Assembly: GCA_046726415.1 (NCBI GenBank)
Contig: JBKPAK010000352.1
Coordinates: 1-22,888, forward strand
DNA length: 22,888 nucleotides
DNA from: Candidatus Methylomirabilota bacterium
GTDB taxonomy: Bacteria; Methylomirabilota; Methylomirabilia; Rokubacteriales; CSP1-6
Reading direction: 5' to 3'
Both the position numbers and the translations under genes were made by a program. Shown piece by piece: positions 1 to 7,980 of this stretch. Numbering within the stretch: position 1 is the stretch's first letter; every line of letters begins with the position of its first letter. The notes beneath the pieces were generated by a model. The model was not told the origin of the DNA. It searched no databases and worked only from the letters and a program-made list of their open reading frames with translations.

Positions 1-1059
1 CCACGGTGCGGTGATGTCGACGAAGGAGAGCCAAAACGTGCAGGCCGCCATGCCGGCAAGGCTCAGCCAGAGCACCCCCAGCGTGTACGAGACCGGGGCG
101 TGCTGGGCAAACACCGAGCCCCCAAACATCATGGCCAGGCTCACGAGACCCGCCGCGATCAGGATGAGGCCGGCCTGCCACGTCTGAAAGCCGCAGGCCG
201 TGAGATAGCGCGCCACCACGACGGCCAACGCGGCCAGGGCGGCGTTCCAGAGAAGGCTCGTCAACGTGGCCAGGGTGCCGGCGGCGTGGACAAAGAGCCC
301 GAGACTCAGCAGGGGGCGGGATGCGACAAGCTCCCGCCAGACGAAGAGCGCGATGGCTACGGGCACGGCGAGCACGGCGAGGCTGATGGCCAGGCTGTCG
401 AACCAACCCAGGTACTGACCCCGGTAGCAGAGGAATACCACCAGCCCAGCGATGGCCGCCAGCAAGGTCGTGCCGGCCCAGTCGAAGCGGTCCACCGGGG
501 GCGAGGTCGGCGCGTCCTCGGGAAGGGCGAACGCGCCATACGCGATCAGCCAGACGCCGACCAGCGCCGAGCCGAGAAACATCGCGCGCCAGGATGGGTT
601 GAAGGCCAGGAGGCCGCCGATCCCCTCGCAGATCATGCCTGCGCCAAAGGCGACCGAGAGGAAGAAGTAGCGACCGCGCGGCCCGGTGACCCGCATGGTG
701 GTCACCAGCGACGGGACGAGCATCATAGGAGTGGCGGCCAGCACGACCTGCGCCGCTCCCATCTGCCAAGGATTCGTGGCCACCGCGCTGCCCAGGGCGC
801 CGACGGACATGCAGACCGCTCCCACGATGAAGGCCCGGCGCAGTCCCATCCAGTTGGGCAGGGCGAACATCACGGCGAGAAACAGGAGATGGATGACCGC
901 CGCCGGCCCGGTCACCCACTGGTAGCGCCAGCGATCGGAGATCACCGCCTGCACGACGAGGTCGAATGAGAGCGCCATGCCGGAGCTGCCGGCCACGTAC
1001 GCCACCAGGCCGCAGGTGATGGTGATCAGCCACGGCCACTTGGCCGGCCGCGACCTCAC
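1..1059 (-). CDS. DHA2/EmrB-like MFS efflux transporter, partial (3' end runs off the window; not in the ORF track)
   Basis: Manual translation from GTG at 1059 (GTGA overlap with the OMF stop) stays open to base 1 and gives successive hydrophobic helices. It includes the DHA2-type segments 'NPSWRAMF', 'DRFDWAG' and 'FVWRELVASRPLLSLGLF'. Confidence 0.85.
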   Translation of the reverse strand, partial: MRSRPAKWPWLITITCGLVAYVAGSSGMALSFDLVVQAVISDRWRYQWVTGPAAVIHLLFLAVMFALPNWMGLRRAFIVGAVCMSVGALGSAVATNPWQMGAAQVVLAATPMMLVPSLVTTMRVTGPRGRYFFLSVAFGAGMICEGIGGLLAFNPSWRAMFLGSALVGVWLIAYGAFALPEDAPTSPPVDRFDWAGTTLLAAIAGLVVFLCYRGQYLGWFDSLAISLAVLAVPVAIALFVWRELVASRPLLSLGLFVHAAGTLATLTSLLWNAALAALAVVVARYLTACGFQTWQAGLILIAAGLVSLAMMFGGSVFAQHAPVSYTLGVLWLSLAGMAACTFWLSFVDITAPW

Positions 1060-2555
1060 GACCCCTCCGCGTTGTGCCAGCCGCCTCCGAGCGCCTTGTA
1101 GATCTGCACCACGGCCACCAGGCGATCGCGGCGCGCCCGCACGAGGTCGATCTCCGTGGCGAAGACCACGCGCTGCGCCTCCAAAACATCCAGGTAGTTC
1201 GTGAGCCCGTTGAGATAGCGAAGCTGGGCCAGCTCGAGGGCATCGCGTGCTGCCACCAGCTGCCGCTCGAGGACGACCACCACGCGCTGCACTTGCTGGT
1301 TCGACACCAGGGCGTCGTTCACCTCGCGGAAGGCTTGCTGGACGGCCTGGGCGTAGTGGATCAGCGCCTCCTCGTTGCGTGCGCGGGCCAGGCTGAGCTG
1401 GCCCTTCAGTCGGCCGCCGGTGTAGAGGGGCAACGCGATGGACGGTCCCAACTGCCAGAAACGGGCGGGAGCGGTGAACAGGTCCGACAGCGAGAGGCTC
1501 TGCACGCCGAGGGCGCCCGTGAGCAGGATATTGGGGAAGAACGCGGCGCGCGCCTCGCCGATGCGGAAGTTGGCGGCGACGATCTGACGCTCGGCCTGGC
1601 GGAGGTCGGGGCGGCGCTCGAGCAGCGCGGAGGGCAGCCCGGGCGGGATTTGCGGAGGAACCGTCTCTGCCGCGAGGCTTTGCCCGCGCTGGATCGGCCC
1701 GGGATTCAGACCGAGGAGCACGCTCAGCCGGTTTTCCGTCTGGGCGATCCGGCGCTCCAGCTCGGGAATCAGCGCGTCGGTGGCGTCGACCTGGATCTCG
1801 GCCTGGCGCACGTCGAGATCGGAGACGAGGCCGTGTTCGTGGCGGAGCCTCACGATCCGCAAGGTCTCGGTCCGAGATTCTCGCGTGGCGTGCGTGATGT
1901 CCAGCTCGAGGTCGAGCTCGCGGAGATCGAAGTAGGTCTGAGCCACGTCGCCGACGAGGATGACCACCACGGCCCGTCGGGCGTCCTCGCTGGCCAGCAG
2001 CTCCAAGCGGGCCGCCTCCGAGGCGCTCCTGAGCTTGCCCCAGAGGTCGAGATCGAAGGAGATGCCGAGCCCGACCTCGGAGAGCGTGATATTGGGATCA
2101 TCGAGGCGCTCGGAGGTGGCGGAGAGGCCTAACGGGAACCCCACTTGAGAGAGCCTCTGCGGGATCACGCTCGCCCCCGTGCCAATCTGAGGGAGCATCC
2201 GCGAGCGCGTCACCGCCCACGCGGCCCGGGCCTGGGCGATGCGAGTCGCCGCGATCCGGACGTCCTTGCTCTCCACCAGCCCCGTGCGAATGTGATGGTG
2301 AAGCGCGGGATCGCTGAACAGCTGCCACCAGGGAAGGTCCGCCAGTGAGCCGGGACCCTCAGCCGGAACTCGCCAGTCCTTTGGTGGATCAACGTCGGGG
2401 CGCCGGTAGTCCGGGGCCATCGAGCAGGCCGCCAGCGCGAGACCGAGAGCCAGGCCCCGGGCCCGCGCGATTCGGGTCCGCCACGATCGCACGCATCTCG
2501 AGGACCGCCGAAGCGCTGCGCCAGGAACCCGGCCCCGGCCGAGCGGCCCCATCAT
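1056..2555 (-). CDS. Efflux outer-membrane factor lipoprotein (OprM/NodT family)
   Basis: Lipobox 'LAAC' followed by 'SMAPDYRRP'. Family motifs 'WWQLFSDP', 'DLDLWGKLR', 'LPSALLERRPDLRQAE' and C-terminal 'IYKALGGGW'. Start set at the ATG overlapping the HlyD stop (ATGA); a slightly later start is possible. Confidence 0.92.
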   Translation of the reverse strand: MMGPLGRGRVPGAALRRSSRCVRSWRTRIARARGLALGLALAACSMAPDYRRPDVDPPKDWRVPAEGPGSLADLPWWQLFSDPALHHHIRTGLVESKDVRIAATRIAQARAAWAVTRSRMLPQIGTGASVIPQRLSQVGFPLGLSATSERLDDPNITLSEVGLGISFDLDLWGKLRSASEAARLELLASEDARRAVVVILVGDVAQTYFDLRELDLELDITHATRESRTETLRIVRLRHEHGLVSDLDVRQAEIQVDATDALIPELERRIAQTENRLSVLLGLNPGPIQRGQSLAAETVPPQIPPGLPSALLERRPDLRQAERQIVAANFRIGEARAAFFPNILLTGALGVQSLSLSDLFTAPARFWQLGPSIALPLYTGGRLKGQLSLARARNEEALIHYAQAVQQAFREVNDALVSNQQVQRVVVVLERQLVAARDALELAQLRYLNGLTNYLDVLEAQRVVFATEIDLVRARRDRLVAVVQIYKALGGGWHNAEGS

Positions 2556-3898
2556 CGCGGCGGGATGGCCGGAGGAATGGCCGGCTCGCGCTTCCCCCCC
2601 TTGTCGTGCGAGACGTATACCGTAGCCGAGAGTCCGGGGCGCAGCTCGGACCACCGCGGGTCTCTGTCGTCGACCAGGATCCGGATGGGCACCCGCTGGA
2701 CGACCCGGATGAACTCGCCGCTGGAGACGTTGCGCGGGATCAGGGAAAACTTGGCCCCGGTGGAGGCGTAGACCCACAGCACTCGGCCCTCGAACGGCTC
2801 GCTGAAGGCATCGACCTTGACCAGAACGCGATGGCCGGGGTCCACGCCCTCAAGTTCCGTCTCCGGCATGTTGGCGGTCACGTAGATGTTCCGGCTTTCA
2901 TACATGATGAAGATCGCGGTGCCGGGCGTGGCGTAGTCGCCTTTGAAGCGGTAGCGCTTGACCACCACGCCGTCGAACGGCGAGACCACATCGGTGTAGG
3001 CGAGGAATGCCTGGCGCCGGGCCAGCTCGCGGCGGGCCAGCTCGAGCTTCTGCGTCTGGACGTCGACGCGCCGCCGCGCTTCTTCGATGTCGACCAGACC
3101 CACGCGGGCGATCTCCAACGTGGCGGTGGCCTGCCGCACGCGGTTGACTGCGGCCTCGCTGGTCTGCGCGGCGATCTCGATCTGCTTGCGGTTGGTGTAT
3201 GCCTGGGCGAGCTTGACCTTGGCGTCCTCGTGAAGGGCCAGATTGGTGGCGTAGGCAGCCCTCTTGGCGTCGCGCTCCTCCTTGCCCACGGCGCGCCCCT
3301 CGACGAGGGCGTTGTAGCGCTTGAGGGTGATGTCGGCGAACTCGAGGTTGGCCTTGGCAGCGGTCAGATCGTGCTCGGCGCGGGCGATCTCATGGCCGAC
3401 CGTCTCGTGGATCCTCACCAGGGCTTGCTCCGCCGCGCTCTGCTCGTTCCGAGCGACGGCCAGCTCCCTCTCGGCCCGGGCGATCTGCTCGGGGACGCGC
3501 CGGACGAGGCTCTGAAGGGCGGTGACCGCCACCTTGATGTCGGCGTCCGCGACGTCCAGGTTGGCCTGCGCGGTCTCGACGTCGCGCAGGAAAATGGTGG
3601 GATCGATGCGACACAGCAGCTGGCCCTTGGTGACCCGCTGGTTGTCCAGGACGAGCATCTCCACGATCTCGCCGGGCACCTGGGGGGCCAGGTTGATCAT
3701 GTCGCTCTCGACGAACGCATCTCCGGTGATGGAGTGGCTCAACCGATAGACGAGCCAGCGACCGAAGACGACGGCGCCCACGATGACCAAGGCGACGACG
3801 GCGAGGAGCAGCACGGCCCGGCGCCGCGACCGGGAGCCTCGCGTAGTCGGCGGGCCGGACTCAACGGGTTGGGAGGTCTCAGCGACCGAGTCGGGCAT
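2552..3898 (-). CDS. HlyD/EmrA-family periplasmic adaptor (membrane fusion protein)
   Basis: N-terminal TM helix, 'DAFVE..INLAPQVPG', lipoyl half-motifs 'VTKGQLLCRID' and 'SPFDGVV', long coiled coil, and EmrA-type 'TGAKFSLIP.NVSSGEFIRVVQRVPIRI' and 'LRPGLSATV'. Confidence 0.93.
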   Translation of the reverse strand: MPDSVAETSQPVESGPPTTRGSRSRRRAVLLLAVVALVIVGAVVFGRWLVYRLSHSITGDAFVESDMINLAPQVPGEIVEMLVLDNQRVTKGQLLCRIDPTIFLRDVETAQANLDVADADIKVAVTALQSLVRRVPEQIARAERELAVARNEQSAAEQALVRIHETVGHEIARAEHDLTAAKANLEFADITLKRYNALVEGRAVGKEERDAKRAAYATNLALHEDAKVKLAQAYTNRKQIEIAAQTSEAAVNRVRQATATLEIARVGLVDIEEARRRVDVQTQKLELARRELARRQAFLAYTDVVSPFDGVVVKRYRFKGDYATPGTAIFIMYESRNIYVTANMPETELEGVDPGHRVLVKVDAFSEPFEGRVLWVYASTGAKFSLIPRNVSSGEFIRVVQRVPIRILVDDRDPRWSELRPGLSATVYVSHDKGGKREPAIPPAIPPR

Positions 3899-3956
3899 GC
3901 TCGACGCCCAGAATAGCGAACGGACAGTTTCGGGCGAAGCTCTCCGTGATGCGGGC

Positions 3957-5168
3957 TTATTCCTTCCGTCCGGCGGCGGCCTGCAAGAGGAGGCCGCTCA
4001 GGTATTGCGTCTCGGGAACCGTCAGCAGGACGGGATGATCCGGCGCCTGACCCAGCCGGCCGACGACATGCAGGGACACGCGGGCGTCGGCCGCGGCGGC
4101 CCGGCAGATTTCCTCGAACAGCGCTGGCGAGACATGGTGCGAGCACGAGAACGTCATCAGGTGGCCTCCCGGCGTAAGCAGACGCATGGCGCGGATATTG
4201 ATCTCCTTGTAGCCGCGCCCGGCGGCCTCCAGCATTCCTCGCGAGCGCGCGAAAGGGGGCGGGTCCAGGATCACCAGGCCAAATCGCTCACCGGCTCGCT
4301 CCAGCCGTCTCAGCTCGTCAAAGGCGTTGACCGCGCGGACTTCGGCCCGCTCGGCGACCGCATTGAGAACGAGGTTCTCCCGAGCGCCGGCGATGGCCTC
4401 CGGGGAGGACTCCAGGCACAGCACCCGGCGGGCGCCCGCGCTGAGCGCGTGGCAGGCGAAGCCGGCGGTGTACGAGAAGGCGTCGAGCACGTCGCGGCCG
4501 CGGGCAAGCGGCGCGACCGACCGGCGGTTCGCCGCCTGGTCGAGGTACAGGCCCGTCTTGTGTCCGGTCCCGAAGGCGACCTTGAGCCGGACATCGCCCT
4601 CCTCAACGACGATGTGGTCCGGTCCACGGCGATCGACCCATCCTCGCGTTGGCGCGAAACCCTCCATGGCCGCCGGCCCGTCTTCGTCGGCCCCGAAGAC
4701 GGGCCGATCACCGAGCAACGCCCGCAGTTGCGTCACGATCAGCGGACGGGCCTGCGCCATGCCCAGGGTCTGGCACTGGACGACGAGAACCTCGCCATAA
4801 CGGTCCACCACCAGACCGGGCAAGAAGTCAGCTTCGCTCCAAGCGATCCGACCGGCCCCGCGGGTTCCCGTCGGCCCCTGGCTCTCTCGCCGGGGCAATG
4901 CCGCTCGGAGGGCCAGCGCCGCCTCGAGGCGCTCGCGGAAGAAGGTCGCGTCGATGGGCGCGTCATCCCGTGTGAGAATTCGGCAGCAGAGCGCGGGGCC
5001 AGGGTTGTAGAAGCCACGTCCCACGAAGCACGAGGCGGCGTCGATGACGGCCACCGCGGTCCCGGGAGGAACGGCGCTGACGTCCGCGACGTCGCCCTTG
5101 AAGATCCAGGGATGGACGCGCGGATGATCGTGCCCGCGCTTCAGGCGAAGGACAGGACCCGCAGTCAT
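3957..5168 (-). CDS. rlmI: RlmI/YccW-like class I SAM-dependent rRNA m5C methyltransferase
   Basis: PUA-like 'HPWIFKGDV', 'EADFLPGLVVDRY', 'GHKTGLYLDQ', 'VLDAFSYTAGF', 'VILDPPPFA', 'FSCS' and 'DHPV...PETQYL'. Start trimmed to ATG 5168 because the longer track ORF extends into a repeat. Confidence 0.88.
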   Translation of the reverse strand: MTAGPVLRLKRGHDHPRVHPWIFKGDVADVSAVPPGTAVAVIDAASCFVGRGFYNPGPALCCRILTRDDAPIDATFFRERLEAALALRAALPRRESQGPTGTRGAGRIAWSEADFLPGLVVDRYGEVLVVQCQTLGMAQARPLIVTQLRALLGDRPVFGADEDGPAAMEGFAPTRGWVDRRGPDHIVVEEGDVRLKVAFGTGHKTGLYLDQAANRRSVAPLARGRDVLDAFSYTAGFACHALSAGARRVLCLESSPEAIAGARENLVLNAVAERAEVRAVNAFDELRRLERAGERFGLVILDPPPFARSRGMLEAAGRGYKEINIRAMRLLTPGGHLMTFSCSHHVSPALFEEICRAAAADARVSLHVVGRLGQAPDHPVLLTVPETQYLSGLLLQAAAGRKE

Positions 5169-5204
5169 GGCCCCGGACTGCGCCGGCGTATCGAAGAGCG
5201 CCCA

Positions 5205-5390
5205 GGCTGTGCCCAGGCGCGCCGAGCACCGGGGGCCCTGGAGCGCGGCGTGGGGCCGGCCAAAGCACACGCGAACTCGAGGGGCGCCGCGGCTGTGCCG
5301 AGGCGTCCCGAGCGCCCGGGGGGTCTGGAGCGCGGCGTGGGGCCGGCCAAAGCACGCGCGAACTCGAGGGGCGCCGCGGCTGTGCCGAGG
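5205..5390. repeat. Intergenic tandem repeat, 86-87 bp unit, ~2.2 copies, GC-rich and partly palindromic (REP/BIME-like)
   Basis: GGCTGTGCC(C/G)AGG starts at 5205, 5291 and 5378. The core CTGGAGCGCGGCGTGGGGCCGGCCAAAGCAC(A/G)CGCGAACTCGAGGGGCGCCGC is nearly identical in copies 1 and 2. Confidence 0.92.
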
Positions 5391-5401
5391 CCTCCGGAGC
5401 C

Positions 5402-5584
5402 TTGCGCCGCGGTCAGGAACACCTGGATCCCGAGGCGACCACGCGCGCCTACGAGGCGATCTACTTCCCCGCTCAGCGCATCCACTTCGACCGGGACGAT
5501 CCGCGTACCGCCGCGGATCTGATCGTTCCCAACGATGCCCGCCTCACCGGCGCCGTCCCGTCCTCCGGAGGACCACGACCATGA
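5402..5584 (+). pseudogene. 3' remnant of a uridine-kinase-like P-loop kinase gene
   Basis: 'RAYEAIYFPAQRIHFDRDDPRTAADLIVPND' resembles the C-terminal Y.PAQ..Y....P...AD.V.DN pattern of bacterial uridine-kinase-like proteins. There is no P-loop or N-terminal half; the repeat lies directly upstream. Confidence 0.55.
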
Positions 5585-6335
5585 GCAGAGGATGGCGCGA
5601 GCGCTCCAGCACCTGATGGGGCTTGAAACCGAAGAACCACTGCACGAACTCGAAGCCGCCGGCCAGCTCGACGAGCGCCCTCAGCTCTTGAGGGAAGACC
5701 ATGCGCGAGGTGTGGGTCTGCCGGTAGACGCGCCGGGTGCCGTTCTCGACGGCCTCCAACGTTATCCGCTCCCGGAACACCTGCGCCACCGGATCGAGGT
5801 CGTGCAGCGCCGAAAAGGCGGCCCGGACGATGAGTCGTCCACGCCGCTTCGACCACGACCAACTCCGCGCCGGGTTCGTCCAGGAGGAGGCCATATAGCG
5901 GTCGAACACATAGAGCCCGCCGGGACGGAGGTTGGCGGCGACGGCGCGCAGGTGGCTGAGCAGCGCCGCGTTGGTGAGCAGATGTCCCTGCGAATCCTGC
6001 ATGCAGATCGCCGCGTCGACTGGCTGGCGCACGCGGAAGGCCGTCATGTCGGCCACCTTGAGATCCGCCCGGTGACCTTTGGCGGCCAACCGCTCGCCCA
6101 GGAACTCGATGTTCTTGGGGGAGAGGTCGAGGCCGCTCATCTGGTAGCCGCGGGCGGCCAGCCTCATCAGGTGGGGCCCGGTGCCGCAGGCGATGTCGAG
6201 CACTCGGCGCACCGGACGCCGCGCATACGTCTCGAAGCAGTGGACGAGGAAGTCCACCTCGGCCTTGCGATTGAGGTCGAAGGCGATCTCGTAGAGACGC
6301 GGCCTGCCATACTCGCGCGCCCGGCGGTATTCCAT
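5544..6335 (-). CDS. Class I SAM-dependent methyltransferase, small-molecule/amine N-methyltransferase-like (263 aa)
   Basis: Motif I 'VLDIACGTGPH', then 'GLDLS', 'VADM', 'DAAICMQDSQGHL' and 'LRPGGLYVFD'. ATG at 6335 overlaps the speB stop (TGATG). Confidence 0.88.
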   Translation of the reverse strand: MEYRRAREYGRPRLYEIAFDLNRKAEVDFLVHCFETYARRPVRRVLDIACGTGPHLMRLAARGYQMSGLDLSPKNIEFLGERLAAKGHRADLKVADMTAFRVRQPVDAAICMQDSQGHLLTNAALLSHLRAVAANLRPGGLYVFDRYMASSWTNPARSWSWSKRRGRLIVRAAFSALHDLDPVAQVFRERITLEAVENGTRRVYRQTHTSRMVFPQELRALVELAGGFEFVQWFFGFKPHQVLERSRHPLLMVVVLRRTGRRR

Positions 6336-7246
6336 CAGCCTCTCCGGAATTCCTCGACCCTCACCTCGCGGATCGTCGGGCCCGCCAGCGATCCCCACCA
6401 GGCGAGCAGCGACTCCCGGATCACCCACGACGCGGCGATGCCCGTGCGGCCGGTCGGGTCCCAGGCGTGGGTCACCTCGACGAGGTCGCCGCCGATCACC
6501 CGACAGGCGCCCAGAAGCCGAACAATCTCGATCAGCTCGCTGACCCGGATCCCGCACGGCTCGGGCGAGCCAGTGCCGGGCGCCTCCGAGGGGTCGAGGA
6601 CGTCGATGTCGATCGTCACGTACAGCGGATGGCCGCTCAGCTCGTCGAGCACGCCGCGCACGGCCTCGACCGGCGGGATCTCAAAGGCCGGGAAGAAGCG
6701 GGGCCGCCGCCTCGCGTACTCCTCGCGCGCGCCCGTCCGAATGCCAACCTGGTAGACCCGCTCGGGCGCGACCACGTCCATGACGCGCGCCATGGCCGAC
6801 GCGTAGTTGTAGCGCTCCCCCAGGAACGACTCGCGCAGGTCGGGGTGGGCATCGAGCTGGAGCACGCGCAGTTCCGGGAAGTGCGGGACCAGGGCTTCGA
6901 CCACGGGCACGGTGGCGGTATGGTCGCCCCCTAGCATGAAGGGGAGCAGGTCCGGCCGCCACCAGCCGGTAATCTCGGCCTTCGCGGCGTCGAGTTGCTC
7001 GCGCGGAGTCGACCCGCTCGGCAGCTCGCAGTCGCCGAGGTCGGTCAGCGGCAGGTCCTCGAGGTCGAGGCGCAGGACGGGCGAGTAAGTCTCGATGGAA
7101 TCGGAGGCGATGCGCAGGTCGCGCGGGCCGCTCTCCGCGCCTTTCCTGAGATTCACGCGACCCTCGAAGGGCACGCCGTACAACGCGATGGCCGCCTGGG
7201 AGAGGGGGTGGTGACAGGCGATGAAGCGCGGGTCTGCCGGCCGCAT
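6335..7246 (-). CDS. speB: Agmatinase-family ureohydrolase (agmatine or aminopropylagmatine ureohydrolase)
   Basis: Mn-binding motifs 'GGDHTAT', 'DAHPD' and 'TIDIDVLDPSEAPGTGSPEPCG'. Lies next to arginine decarboxylase. Confidence 0.9.
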   Translation of the reverse strand: MRPADPRFIACHHPLSQAAIALYGVPFEGRVNLRKGAESGPRDLRIASDSIETYSPVLRLDLEDLPLTDLGDCELPSGSTPREQLDAAKAEITGWWRPDLLPFMLGGDHTATVPVVEALVPHFPELRVLQLDAHPDLRESFLGERYNYASAMARVMDVVAPERVYQVGIRTGAREEYARRRPRFFPAFEIPPVEAVRGVLDELSGHPLYVTIDIDVLDPSEAPGTGSPEPCGIRVSELIEIVRLLGACRVIGGDLVEVTHAWDPTGRTGIAASWVIRESLLAWWGSLAGPTIREVRVEEFRRG

Positions 7247-7261
7247 GGCGCCGCTGGAGCG

Positions 7262-7741
7262 CTAGAGCAGATCCTCCTCGTCGAGGAGGGTGATGGCGGC
7301 CAGCGCACAGCCGATCTGCTCCACCTGGTGCTCGGCGGCGACGATCTTCTTCTCGCGGATGAGCTCGCCGCGCACCCGGAAGGCTTCTTCCAGCATGGCG
7401 TCGATGGCGCGCTCGGCTTCCGCCAAGGTTGCGACGCCATGGAACTCCATGATGACGCCGTTCTTGGCGGGATCGTCGGGAAGGGCATAGCCAACGGCGG
7501 CGGCCAGCCGGTCGCCAGGCGTCTCACTGGTGATCGTGGCGTAGGCCGTAGGGATCAAGGCACCGGGCCGGATCTTGGGCAGTTCGACCACCGCAACATC
7601 GGGAGGAAGGATGCTCGAAACCTTGATGAGATTGATGTTGCCGATGCCCGCCGCCAGCAGCGCGTTGTCGAACGCGTTGAGGCTGCTTCCGCCCTCCGCG
7701 TGTCCGGCAGTGGCTGCCGCCAAGGTGATCCGCTTCGTCAT
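7262..7741 (-). CDS. pdaD: Pyruvoyl-dependent arginine decarboxylase
   Basis: 'LNAFDNALLAAGIGNINLIKVSSILPP' carries the Ser-Ser autocleavage site. Also 'GVIMEFHG' and 'IGCALAA'. SD AAGGAG lies 6 nt before ATG 7741. Confidence 0.93.
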   Translation of the reverse strand: MTKRITLAAATAGHAEGGSSLNAFDNALLAAGIGNINLIKVSSILPPDVAVVELPKIRPGALIPTAYATITSETPGDRLAAAVGYALPDDPAKNGVIMEFHGVATLAEAERAIDAMLEEAFRVRGELIREKKIVAAEHQVEQIGCALAAITLLDEEDLL

Positions 7742-7786
7742 CCGCTTCTCCTTCTCAACCTCCAATCTCGGAGCAAAGGCGGTGTC

Positions 7787-7814
7787 ACTCTACCGGGCGT
7801 CGCCGGGAATGCAA
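7787..7814 (-). promoter_or_regulatory. Putative sigma70-type promoter for pdaD-speB-methyltransferase
   Basis: On the minus strand, TTGCAT (7814-7809), 16 nt, then TAGAGT (7792-7787). Confidence 0.6.
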
Positions 7815-7856
7815 GCGAAAAGTACGCGCCATGGCACGTTTTTCCCTTGCAATCCC
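7805..7856. promoter_or_regulatory. Long imperfect inverted repeat spanning both -35 boxes (candidate operator)
   Basis: Left arm GGGA-AT-GCAAG-C-GAAAA-GT-ACG-C-GCCA. Reverse complement of the right arm GGGA-TT-GCAAG-G-GAAAA-ACG-T-GCCA. Central palindrome GCCATGGC at 7828-7835. Confidence 0.7.
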
Positions 7857-7875
7857 CTACCCCCGACCCTACAGT
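7847..7875 (+). promoter_or_regulatory. Putative sigma70-type promoter for speD-speE-maf
   Basis: TTGCAA (7847-7852), 17 nt, then TACAGT (7870-7875). Confidence 0.7.
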
Positions 7876-7980
7876 GGCAGGAGTTTCGCGGCGAGAGCCA
7901 ATTTTTCGATGAAGCCAACCGCGACGGGAAACGTCGCAGGAGACGTGCGGTAGATGGCCGGAACGAGGAGGGCAAATGGA

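Noticed and set aside
5205..5390. Possible CRISPR array
   Set aside because: The whole 86-87 bp unit is repeated with no unique spacers, there are only ~2 copies, and no cas genes are present.
7832..7850. Sigma54-like TGGCACG...TTGC
   Set aside because: The spacing is wrong: the positions 10 nt after GG are CC, and TTGC lies 4 nt too far downstream. It is better explained as part of the dyad and the sigma70 -35 box.
7905..7958. SAM-I or spermidine (SAM-I variant) riboswitch, suggested by CGATGAAGCC..AACC and AGATG
   Set aside because: No 5' ATC P1 strand, kink-turn GAGGGA..GGCCC or GGTGC element is visible. Kept only as an unclassified structured leader.
7954..7980. 'MAG...' resemblance to the mammalian AdoMetDC uORF MAGDIS
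   Set aside because: A three-residue match that is in frame with speD rather than a separate uORF; most likely coincidence.
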